A stretch of DNA of 62,841 nucleotides, filler included, from Octopus bimaculoides (Eukaryota), in the NCBI RefSeq assembly GCF_001194135.2. It is 6 parts of 6 records of this genome, joined end to end, with 100 filler letters (N's around TTAATTAATTAA, not from the genome) between each part and the next. Parts side by side here need not be neighbours in the genome. Positions count along the whole stretch, not along the records: positions 24,759 to 48,241 come from NC_068982.1; 5 more parts are not named here. The stretch is one strand, 5' to 3'. This document shows positions 25,008-35,960 of the stretch, piece after piece. The notes under the pieces are model-generated. The model was given only the letters and a program-made list of their open reading frames with translations. It ran no database searches and was not told the DNA's origin. A program made the position numbers and the translations under genes. Within the stretch, counting starts at the first letter, position 1; every line of letters begins with the position of its first letter.

Positions 25008-25470
25008 AAGCTGACTGGCTTCCGTGCTGGTGGGACGTAAAAAGCACCATTCGAGCATAGTTGATGCCAGTTACTCCAGACTGGCTCCCATGCCGGTGGC
25101 ATGGAAAATGCCCCGTACGAACATGGTCAATGTCAGTGCCACCTGACTGGCTAATGTGCCAGTGGCATGTAAAAACACCATTCATACGTGGTCATTGCCA
25201 GTACAGCCTGACTGGCTCCCATGCCAGTGACACATAGAGAGCAGCATTTGAGTGTGGTCAATGCCTGACTGGCCCTCGTGCCCTCATGCCGGTGGTACAT
25301 AAAAAGCACCCACTACACTCTTGGATTGGTTGGTGTTAAGAAGAGCCTCCAGTTGTAGAAACCTTGCCAGATCAGAATGGAGCCTGGTGCAGCCTTCTGG
25401 CTTGCCAGTCCTCAGTCAAACCATCCTACCCATACCAGCATGGAAAGCAGACGTTAAATGATGATCATGA
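25008..25470 (+). mobile_element. SINE family D with internal tandem units of about 60-65 bp and a (GAT)n tail
   Basis: gactggctccc(a)tgccggtggca..taaaaagcacc repeats 4-5 times, then ggttggtgttaagaagagcctccag...gcatggaaagcagacgttaaatgatgat. Confidence 0.8.
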
Positions 25471-25503
25471 TTGGGTAATGTCAGATTATATATATATCAT
25501 CAT

Positions 25504-25547
<44 letters not shown>

Positions 25548-25787
25548 NNNNNNNNNNNNNNNNNNNNNNNNNNNNNNNNNNNNNNNNNNNNNNNNNNNNN
25601 NNNNNNNNNNNNNNNNNNNNNNNNNNNNNNNNNNNNNNNNNNNNNNNNNNNNNNNNNNNNNNNNNNNNNNNNNNNNNNNNNNNNNNNNNNNNNNNNNNNN
25701 NNNNNNNNNNNNNNNNNNNNNNNNNNNNNNNNNNNNNNNNNNNNNNNNNNNNNNNNNNNNNNNNNNNNNNNNNNNNNNNNNNNNNNN

Positions 25788-25827
<40 letters not shown>

Positions 25828-25899
25828 TTATACAGCCTTGGGGCTGAAATACATTGAAGAATACATAGATACATACATACATTATACATATATATGTTA

Positions 25900-25944
<45 letters not shown>

Positions 25945-25946
<2 letters not shown>

Positions 25947-26215
25947 CAAGGTGTGGTGTATATATTGTCACCTAAATTATGCAAAAGGAAAATAACACAG
26001 ACATCTCATTTTAACAGATATATTTACTAAAATTACATAAAATATCTTGAAATACTAAAGAGTAAATTTATTCAATAGAATCGCCATTGGCTTCAACCAC
26101 AGCCTCCAGACGACTTCAGAATCTCCTGCAACTTTTCTGGACAGTCTCCTTGTCTAAGTTGGTGAATGCTGCCATAGTCATTCCTGTAGATTTTGACTTG
26201 CAACAATCTAAAAAC
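25945..26215 (-). mobile_element. Tc1/mariner-superfamily transposase C-terminal remnant
   Basis: MAAFTNLDKETVQKSCRRF*SRLEAVVEANGDSIE*, the typical Tc1/maT C-terminus. Confidence 0.8.
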
Positions 26216-26278
26216 ATTAATGGCTTCAATCTCACTAGTGCTGGAGGTTCTACAAAGGCCACATTCAACAAGTACTTA

Positions 26279-26328
<50 letters not shown>

Positions 26329-26342
26329 ATATATATATATAT

Positions 26343-26423
<81 letters not shown>

Positions 26424-27109
26424 AATGTGTACATACATATATATGCATGTGAGTATGCATATATGTATATACATATATGTGTGTGTGTGTATGTATTTGT
26501 TAGTGAGCAGGTGTGTCTATGTGTATGTGTACACACACAGATAGTAGAGAGAGAGAGAGAGAGAGAAAGAGTGAGTGAGAAAGAGAGAAAGAGATAGATC
26601 AGTCTTTTGAGATCCTGAGATAGCAAATGCAGTTTATATATCTTCTTCAAAGACATATTTGAAGAAGATATATGAAACACATTTGCTATCTCAAAAGCCT
26701 CATTAAAAAGAAATTTATACAATTGTAAAGATAAAAAAAAACTAGATTTTTTTAAATTCCAGAAACTGTATCTACTTAAATTTTTTAAGTCTCATATGTT
26801 AAGCTTGTCAGACATAAATTGTTTTAATCCTGAGCTCGTTCCATCTCTACAGTGTATTATTATTATTTCTATTGCTTCTGGTATTTTGGTTTCACCAATT
26901 AATGTGAGTAATGTAAGACAATCTCATTAGTGTTGTTGATATATAAACCTATTCTGATCCTTTGGGGTTGGAACAAGACCTCATACGGTTCAAATCCACA
27001 TCCTGAATGTTAGATGCATTAAGTAATTTTTTCTCTTTCTTTTTGCAATTGTAGTGATTAAAAAAATAAATGTCCAGCCATAGTCCTTCTTGCTAACTCC
27101 AATTTTTTC

Positions 27110-27140
<31 letters not shown>

Positions 27141-27299
27141 GCAATGAGAAAATGGAGGATAATATGCAGTATCCATCGACTTGCAGACAATATATTCCGT
27201 TGATTAATCTGTTTATTTTATAACTAAATTTATTTTATACATAAAGCAAATCTGCACATATACATACATACATACATACATACATACATACATACATAC

Positions 27300-27385
27300 A
27301 AACAAAAATACCCTGTTGTTGATGTTGAAATTCCAATGAAGGAGCCTTGAATCTAAGTTAAAAACCGGGTCTTTCTCTATTTGAA
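27300..27385 (+). repeat. Short interspersed module embedded in (CATA)n (copies 33475-33590 on +, 59228-59352 on -)
   Basis: ctgttgttgatgttgaaattccaatgaagga.ccttg.atct..gtta.aaaccgg is shared by three copies. Confidence 0.85.
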
Positions 27386-27646
27386 ATATATCTGAACAAT
27401 TACATATATCTAATATAATAAATGTGAATGTCAGTGTGTCAGTGTGTCACACTTTTTCCAGCATTTTCTCTCTGAGAATAACTTCATCCTCTTTCCCTAT
27501 CATTCTCTATCCACTCCTTTCGTTCACTCAATCTATGTCTCTAAATATCTTTCTCTCTTCTCCCTCCCTCCCCTATGTCTTCTTGCCCTTAATCGTTCTC
27601 CTGCATTTAACACAGTATATTTCTCTTACTGCTCAGTGCTACCAAT

Positions 27647-27704
<58 letters not shown>

Positions 27705-27884
27705 TCTCTCTCCCTCTCTCTCTCTCTCTCCCTCTCTCTTGTATTCTCTCACTCTCTCTTACTCACTATTCTTTGCTGTTTTGCCAGTTCAACTATACTT
27801 CTGCTTAATAAGTTTCATTTCTCTCTTTTTACCTCTTCTTTTCAACTAAGTGTGACACACACCACAGGTATGTATGTACATAAC

Positions 27885-28446
27885 TACAGAGGCATTAGCA
27901 TATTAAGATAACAATTTATATAACTTGGAAATAAATTTGGGAATAATCGAAATAAATTACAAAATCTAACATAAGTCATCAAATTGTTTTTATATTAAAT
28001 GGCGGCCGAAGAATTATCATTGAACTTTTAAAAGGTAGCCTTAGATATTAATATAGTACTTAAATGCAGCAATCAATTTTCAGTTCTTCTGTAGTTTATT
28101 GTTGCCTAATGCATATGGCAGCAGTATGCCTCGTAAAAATAAATCTCTACCAACAGAAGACCAGATTGCAATCAAAAGAGCCAAGGCTGCAGCAAGGAAA
28201 AGAAAGTCCTGAGCAAATGAAAATCCAGATTAAACAGCAGCCAGGAGAGCTTCCATTGGTACGAATATGCAAATACTTAAGGACTCTCAAACTCCTGAAC
28301 AAGCTGCATCTGGGAGAATATCAAATGCTCTTACTAAGAGAGAAAGGGCATTAGAAACACCTGAACAAGCTGAATCTAGGAGAGCTTCCCATGTTGTATA
28401 GGAGCTAGCTTAAAAGCTGCCTGTTAGGGCAACTTTTAAAGTAGTA
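27885..28446 (+). mobile_element. Helitron-like remnant: decayed N-terminal ORF and 3' hairpin
   Basis: ATG at 28126: MPRKNKSLPTEDQIAIKRAKAAARKRKS*ANENPD*TAARR...SQTPEQAASGR...LETPEQAESRR; ends aagctgcctgttagggcaactt-ttaaagtagt. Confidence 0.5.
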
Positions 28447-28477
28447 CATACATACATCTAAATTTTAAAAGTGAATC

Positions 28478-28770
28478 ATCATCATCATTTAACATCTGCT
28501 TTCCACGCTGGCATGGGTTGGACGATTTGACTGGGGAGTGGTGAACCAGATGGCTACACCAGGCTCCAATCTGATCTGGCAGAGTTTCTACAGCTGGATG
28601 CCCTTCCTAACACCAACCACTCCAAGAGTGTAGTTGGTGCTTTTTACGTGCATAAGGGCCAGTCCGACGGTACTGGCAACGGCCACGCTCAAATGGTGTT
28701 TTCTTTACGTGCCACCTGCACAGAAGTCAGTCCAATGTTTTGTTCACATGGCACCGGCACAAGTGCCTTG
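28478..28770 (-). mobile_element. SINE family D
   Basis: catcatcatcatcatttaacatctgctttccacgctggcatggg...cagctggatgcccttcctaacaccaaccactcc. Confidence 0.85.
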
Positions 28771-30094
28771 TGTAAATGCTTATGATAAGAACAATATTCA
28801 CTTCTTTTGAGAAAAAAAAAATTTCTTTACAACTGTGTCATCAAGAAGGTGACTCATCAAAATAAACTCTAAGACTTCAGCAAGTAAGTGAAAACATCCA
28901 GGACTATGTATATATACACACAATCATACTTACATGTCCAGATATAAAATATGTAAGAATCGTACTTAGAAAAATATACGTAGTATACTTTAGGCATACA
29001 AAATGTTAAACAGACAAAGATACATAATAAATAAAAGGGAAACAAATTATTCCAAGCCATCCTGTTGAAATATTAAATGTCATCAGCATCTCATTGATGA
29101 GTAAATAGTACATGTTGTAAACAGCTGCACAGAAAAATATCTGCAAAACATTTCTTTCCAATGAAGAATGATTTTATCAGCCGAAACGTTGTGTTAACAA
29201 CAAACAAGATGAGGACAAATACCCATCAAATATAAATAATGTAAATAATTTCTGATGATCTCTCTTAACAGCCACAATCTATAGCATAGTCCAAAAGTAT
29301 ATTTCAAAGGTTAGGTCCTTTTTTTTAGAACCATAGACTACTTCTCTGTTCTGACCAATACAAGTCATAAGTAAGCCCAACTTTAGATAACTGCTCACAT
29401 ATCTGAGACAGAGTAACTCTTAGACTTCGTAGACGGTACCCTAATCCAAAAACCATCCAAATTTCATTCAATAACACATTTCAACCAATTATACTACAAC
29501 ACATAAAATCCTCCTCCAGTATCTTCTACCATTACCATAGTGCTGTTTGCTTTTCTGAACAAGTAAGTGATACACTGACCATACTGATTCAACTGCTTCT
29601 GTCACTCTCATCATCATTACTATGTTTCATCTCTCCAAATCCAAACCGAGATACATATTCATAATATTTTCATATAATATATATGAAAGGAGTCCACTCT
29701 GCTGAGTGGTTGGTGTTAGGAAGGGCATCCAGCTGTAAAAGTCCTGCCAAAACAGTCACAGAAGTCTGGTGCAGGCTTCTGCATGGTCAGCTCTTGAGAA
29801 ACCATGCCACCTATGCTAGCATGGACGGTGGATGTTAAACGATGATGATTATGATGATGGAAGGATTATATTTTCATATAATCCTTTCATATAATATAAT
29901 ACAATGCCACCATCTGTAAGTCTTTTCTTGCACAAATCACATCTGCAGTTATCAGCTTGAATTTCTTCAAGCTGAACATTAATCATATGACCTCACTAGA
30001 ATCAGAAGGCCTGTAAAGGCAATGTGTACTGTTGCCTATAAAGAAACAGAACAATGGTCTTTGTATCTTTGAGCATTGCAGCTTTGTACCTTAC

Positions 30095-30196
30095 CTGGCT
30101 AAAAGCATTCTTGATATGCTTTCCTTTCAATATGTTATTCCTCTTTTTCTCAGTCAACCATACCTTCTCAAATTCGATATAAGTTCTCAGTCCTAC
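30095..30196 (-). CDS. Candidate orphan internal exon (102 nt, phase 0/0): VGLRTYIEFEKVWLTEKKRNNILKGKHIKNAFSQ
   Basis: Open 34 codons of non-repetitive sequence between caatag and CAG|gtaagg; not identified. Confidence 0.4.
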
Positions 30197-30904
30197 CTAT
30201 TGGGAGTAGTAACCTTATTGAAATTCAAATTAAACAACTACACAAACTCCGCAAGTTGCTTTTCCTGATGACCTGGTAGCAGTGGTAGGAGTAGCATTAG
30301 TAGGCAGGCTTGTAGTGGTGGTGGGAGCTATGTATAATGTAGTGGTTATAGTGTGCTGGTAGTTGTAGTATTCAGGATGAAGAAGAAAAGTGTAACAGAA
30401 GTGATGGAATGTTTGATGATACTGCTCTACATCTGTATCATTCATTCCATTTAAATATTGGTAATAGCCAGCCTCTGTGAGAACCATTCATCTATTCTAT
30501 GTGTTATTAACTTTGATGACAAAAAAATGAGGCCTCGTATCATATGTACATTATATTTTAGTCAGTCAACCAGTATAGAAGATGTATTAAATTATTTTAA
30601 CTGCTAATACATTTTTCGCTTATTTTGACCAAGTGAATAATTCTTTCCATTGATGGTCCTAGCTTGGTTGAATTCCAATAATTTGAATTCTAACAATTTG
30701 AATTCCAACACTGTCACTTTTCATAATGCTGTAATTCTAAAACACAATATTTTGACTTTCCAAAACTACATGAACATGTAGCAGCTTTCATTCTGTTACT
30801 GGAACATCCCTCATTGCCATATTTAGATTTTAGGTTCTTCTCATATAAAGGCCTCTCACAATATTTCACTTTTGCAAGGCATTTTTTTTATTAAGCTGCA
30901 TTTT

Positions 30905-31140
30905 CTATCCTGGCAAAGGTTTGTGGCCTAGTTGTTAGTGTGTCACATCTGATTGCATGACCATGGTTTCAATTTCCAGGCAAGGCAGTGCATTGAGTTT
31001 TTGAGCAAAGCACTTCATTTCACATTGTTCCAGTCCACTCAGCTGTAAATAAGTAACCATGTGAGGGACTAGCATCCTGTACAGGGGGAATGTTGTGATC
31101 TCAGAAACTGGGTAACTGTAACCTATGAGTCCTAGCACTC
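30905..31140 (+). mobile_element. tRNA-derived SINE (family F), degenerate
   Basis: tgtggcctagttgttagtgtgtcac...ggtttcaatttcc...ttttgagcaaagcacttcatttcac. Confidence 0.75.
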
Positions 31141-32042
31141 AATACAGTATTGTCAAGAGGTTGATAATGATTTTTCATTTAACATCCAGAACACTTTTAA
31201 TCACTGCAAAACCTACAATAATTAATTATTGATTGCTATTCTTTTCATAAACAACAATCTAGTGTAGTGAATACCTCATGTTAGTATATTTCTTATGTAT
31301 TGGTGATGTGATTAAAATCTACATATTTACTGCTTGATTTTGTTGGTAGCCAGGTCTACTCTCAGACCAATCGTCATCAATAATACAGTACATCATCCCT
31401 TTTCTAGAATAATCATTGGTCTGCCTACTTTGTCAACAGCAGCAGCAGTAGTGGCAGTTTCCATGGTAACAGCAAGAAGCAGCAGTCATTCGATTCCAAT
31501 ATATTGCTGAAATTAAAATTCTTTGTTGGCCTGGTGCGACACTTGAACTCAGAACTAAATATATATTAGTGCAGCATAATACTTACATCAGTACATAATC
31601 TCAACACATAATCCTGTTACTTCATATATGCATGCTCATGTTCACTCACATACATAAACACAAAAATAATATGTAAATTATGAGACAAATGAACACTCCT
31701 AAATAGAAAGCACAAAACATACTGGCTTATACATATTCATGCACATAAATAAACATATATAAACAACACACACATGCACACATGGGAATTTGTGTTTTGT
31801 AAAAGACAGATATATTTCTGTTTCATTTTATATTAATAACAGTTTGAATATATTAAAGAGATCATTAATGGGTATAAAAAGATAATTCTGTCATCTATGT
31901 TGGAAAATAGGAAAAAGAAAGCGAATTGTAAATAGAAATAAATCATATGTGGTGGGGGAGGGAAATCTGGAATGTTTGTCTGCAATCAAATGTTCTTTGA
32001 AGTCAGAGTTTGATCTCTAAAACAATCATGATAACCGAATAG

Positions 32043-32370
32043 TGTTATAAGTCATCCTGGCTCTCCATCGGTTATGGTAACGAGTGTTCCAGTTGACATG
32101 ATCAACAGAACAACTTGCTCATAAAATGAATGTGCAAGTGGCTGAGCACTCCACAAACACATGTACCTTTAATGTAGTTCTCAGGGAGATTCAGTGTGAC
32201 AAAGAATGGGACAAGGCTGGCCCTTTGGCTTATGGTACAAATCATTTTTGCCAGCTGAGTGAACTGAAGCAATGGGGAATAGAATGTCTTGCTCAAGGCC
32301 ACAACCTGCTGGCAGGAATCAATCTCATGACATTACAATCATGAGCTAAGTACATTAGCCACAAAGCCAA
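32043..32370 (-). mobile_element. Composite of a family F-like SINE head and a family B 3' part
   Basis: 32230-32370 matches the F head in reverse; 32043-32225 matches the B tail in reverse. Confidence 0.65.
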
Positions 32371-32527
32371 AAAGTTATCCGGGAGTTTTATGACCTGTTG
32401 AGTCAATAAAATGTAGGCATTATGGAAGTATTGCATTCACAAAATCATGCTGTAATGTGGAATTGTGTTATTCTTTGACCAGGTAACACAAGTGCTTTAA
32501 CACATACACATTTCACATATGCATATA

Positions 32528-32870
32528 GGTACAGGAGTGGCTGTGTGGTAAGTAGCTTGCTTATTAACCACACGGTTCCGGGTTCAGTCCCACTGCGTGG
32601 CACCTTGGGCAAGTGTCTTCTACTATAGCCTCGGGCTAACCAAAGCTGTGTGAGTGGATTTGGTAGCCAGAAACTTGCCCCCCCCCACCAGCACTTGACA
32701 ACCGATGCTGGTGTGTTTACGTCCCTGTAATTTAGCGGTTCAGCAAAAGAGACTGATAGAATAAGTACTAGGCTTACAAAGAATAAGTCCTGGGGTCGAT
32801 TTGCTCGACTAAAGGCGGTGCTCCAGCATGGCCACAGTCAAATGACTGAAACAAATAAAATAATAAAAGA
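32528..32870 (+). mobile_element. tRNA-derived SINE (family A), near full length
   Basis: ggtacaggagtggctgtgtggtaag...ccgggttcagtccc...ggcggtgctccagcatggccacagtcaaatgactgaaac. Confidence 0.92.
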
Positions 32871-33052
32871 ATGCATATGATAAACTTTCAGTTTCCATCA
32901 ACCAAATCTACTTATAAAGCTTTGATTGGCCTAAGACTGTCGTAGAAGATACTTGCCCAAAGTGCTGCACAGTGAGACTGAACCCAAAACCACCTGCATG
33001 GGAAGCAAACCTCTTAATCACATAGCCATACTTGTACCTATCTAAAGGTTTT

Positions 33053-33170
33053 GTTTACAGTACCTAGATTACCCAAGTAGTCATCCACTGAAGTACCAAC
33101 TAGACTGGACTTTGCTTAACCTCAATGATCAGGCAAGAATTGACATTTTAAATGTGATATGGTCATAACA
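33053..33170 (-). pseudogene. 5S rRNA pseudogene, full length and heavily CpG-decayed
   Basis: Minus strand gttatgaccatatcacatt...ttcttgcctgatcattgaggttaagcaaagtccagtctagttggtactt...tgggtaatctaggtactgtaaac is collinear with metazoan 5S (gtctacgaccatacc...gatcaccgaagttaagc...ttagtacttggatggg...ggtgctgtag). Confidence 0.88.
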
Positions 33171-34805
33171 CAAAGCACATTTGTCCATGCCTTCCATGTA
33201 ACATGGTATTCAATGATTTCAAGTAACAAAACTCCATGATTTCTGTACCTGATAAACCTGATATCACATCATTGGTTTATATTCTAAATCTTATGTGTTT
33301 AATATTCTGAAACATGTTTTATGTCATCGAATAAAATATATAAATTCATACATACATACACACACATATACATAAAACTTTTCAGAAGTTTATCATTTAA
33401 GTATATATGAGCATGTCTAGATATGCAAGTATATGCAAGAGAAGACATACAGAAAACGTAACACACATACATACAAAAATACCTTGTTGTTGATGTTGAA
33501 ATTTCAATGAAGGAACCTTGGATCTAGTTAGAAACCGGCTCCTTCTCTAATGGCAAGAAATCTTGAAATAAAACTGAATAATGACATACATACATACAAA
33601 CATACATGCATACAAACATACATACATACATACATACATACAAACATTCATACAGACACAAACAAATAGACAGCTTGGTAGATATAAATATTGATAGACA
33701 GATATGGATAGGTATTTTGTGATTCTGCTTAGACATAGAGATACTAATAACTAGTTGTTAGAACTCAATAAACTTATATCAGATGATTACAGAGCATAAT
33801 ATCAGTTAATGAATGATACAAACACCAGAGTTTCCTAATTACTTTAATTTGAACATCGTCTAAATGACTTCAAGAAAGTTATTGGGAGTCACAAGAGCAC
33901 TCAGTTTGTGAGTGTGTGTGTACTTATAGCAGAAACAGTTGTAAGCCAATGAAAATGATTATGTAACTTTTATTCTTGTGTCATTCATTAATTGAGATAG
34001 ATAAATAGACAGACAGACAAACAGATAGATAGGTTGATAGATAGATAGACAGGTAGACAGTTGGATTGATATGCACATATATGTATGTATGTATGCATTA
34101 TATGTTAGTAAGTTTGTGTAAGTGCATGTGTGCATGCATGTGTGTGTGTGTGTGTGTCCATGTGTGTGTGTGTATGCACGTGAGTGTGTGTGTGTGTGTG
34201 CACAATGTGCATACACTGAATTAGTTCCTTCTATCATACATATTTTAGTGACAAAATGAAACCATTAAATTGTCGAAAACATTCCCCCTGTAGCCATTTC
34301 GAGAGACTGTCTTCTCTGTTGCTTCATTAAATAAGATATGTTTTTAAATTTAGTGCAAGTTGACATTTCCAGTCTTAATAAAGAATGATTTAACATACCA
34401 GCAGCAGTAGTGGTGATATAGTAATGATATTAATTCAAAGTTAACCAAACATCATAATAACACTATCTTCAACATCATTTTTAATAATGATGTTCATTGT
34501 AGGAAAAGATGTTATCTGTTTATAAATGCTGGGAAAACTGCAGAAATCATCATGTTGTCATTTAGAGTCACACATGCGCCCTAATCTTTATGATGGGATT
34601 TGTAACCAAAGGGCATTTCATTTGTGATTATCTTACCTTTTTAAAAATATGCTTAAGCACAATCATGGCTGTGTGATTGAGAAGCTTGACTTCTCATGGC
34701 TTATGGTTTAATTCTAGTATGTGGCACCTTGGGCAAGTGTTTTCTGCTATAGCCCTGGGTTCACTGAAGCCTAGTAAATGGACTTGGTTGGCAGAAACTG
34801 AAAGG

Positions 34806-35035
34806 CAGCGAGCTGGCAGAATCGTTAGCATGCCAGGCGAAATGCTTAGCGGTATTTCGTCTGCCGTTACGTTCTGAGTTCAAATTCCGCCGAGGTCGAC
34901 TTTGCCTTCCATCCTTTCGGGGTCGATAAATTAAGTACCAGTTACGCACTGCGGTCGATGTAATTGACTTTACCTCTTTGGCTGTCCTTGTTTGTCCCCT
35001 CTATGTTTAGCCCCTTGTGGGCAATAAAGAAATAG
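34806..35035 (+). mobile_element. SINE family C (Meta/MESC-like core) nested in a family A head (34660-34800)
   Basis: gagctggcagaatcgttagc...tgagttcaaattccgccgaggtcgactttgccttccatcctttcggggtcgataaattaagtacc; copies at 43722-43935, 46230-46435, 50765-50970, 52143-52362. Confidence 0.85.
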
Positions 35036-35559
35036 GAAACTGAGAGAAGCTCACTGTGTGTGTGTGTGTGAGTGTGTGTGTGCATGTCAGTGTGCTTGTT
35101 TGCATTTGCATCTCCTTGAAAAATTGTAGAGCTTCAAGTGAATATTGCCATCATTTTTCCCAGTCAACAAATGGTCCTTCGACTTTGAACCTTCAAAGAT
35201 GTAGAGTGTAATATCTTTTACTTGAAAAGCAGGTGAGGCCTGGTGTCAGGAAGAGAATATGGCTATAAAATAATGCCTCAATAATATATTCATCTACCCA
35301 TTGTGGCATGGAAAAACAGGTGTAAAAACCAAACAAATAAATAAATGTCTAGAACCACATTATCCAATGTGCCCTTTCCATATTTAAAACAGTAGAGTAT
35401 GATCTAAGACTGATTTAGTTGTTGTTTCTTTCAGGTTGAGCAACCAGATAGAAGATGGTGAGGTATAAGGTCACACATTTTAGAAAATAGTATCTAAAAA
35501 GGAAGGAATGTATTGTTTTTAAGGTAAACATTTGTATGCTGAAGTTGATGCTGTATTCC

Positions 35560-35960
35560 ATCTCTGAATGCAGGAATTGATATCTCATTAGGTAATGAAG
35601 GAGCCCTGTAGGTATTGCAACCCCTTCTACCATGACACCAGGGCTGCCCAGGGCCACCAACCAATATAGACAACAAAACTCCTGCCCAACAGCACAAGTT
35701 TCATTGAGTTAGATGTAGTGACTCTGGGGCAGATGTTTCTACTATTCTCAATGCTTGTTCTTGCTGCACCACTCATCCTCTCTCTTGAGCCAGATGGAAT
35801 GATTTGCTTTCTCAGTGGTTTCCAATAATTTTCTGGCAGCATTTTTTCATTCCTCCTCTAACACTTATCTAGTTCTGATATAAAGATAAGGTTTCTTCTT
35901 TTGAATGATCTGACTGTCTTGTCAGTTCAACAGATTTGTGTCAACAGCTGGGAATCCGTT
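35560..35960 (-). mobile_element. HERO-like (RLE-type) LINE, C-terminal and 3' UTR remnant
   Basis: NGFPA...GVRGG...KLLETTEKANHSIWLKREDEW resembles the recalled HERO C-terminus RGFPA...AEKASRWLWLKRGD.W. Confidence 0.55.

Noticed and set aside
25008-25320. Regularly spaced repeats suggesting a CRISPR array
   Set aside because: Eukaryotic context, degenerate units without unique spacers and no cas genes; it is a SINE-internal minisatellite.
30230-30487. ORF ending CGVCVVV* (CaaX-like) with a Thr-rich stretch
   Set aside because: The Thr-rich part is decayed (ACT/ACC)n repeat and splice support is unconvincing; probably chance.
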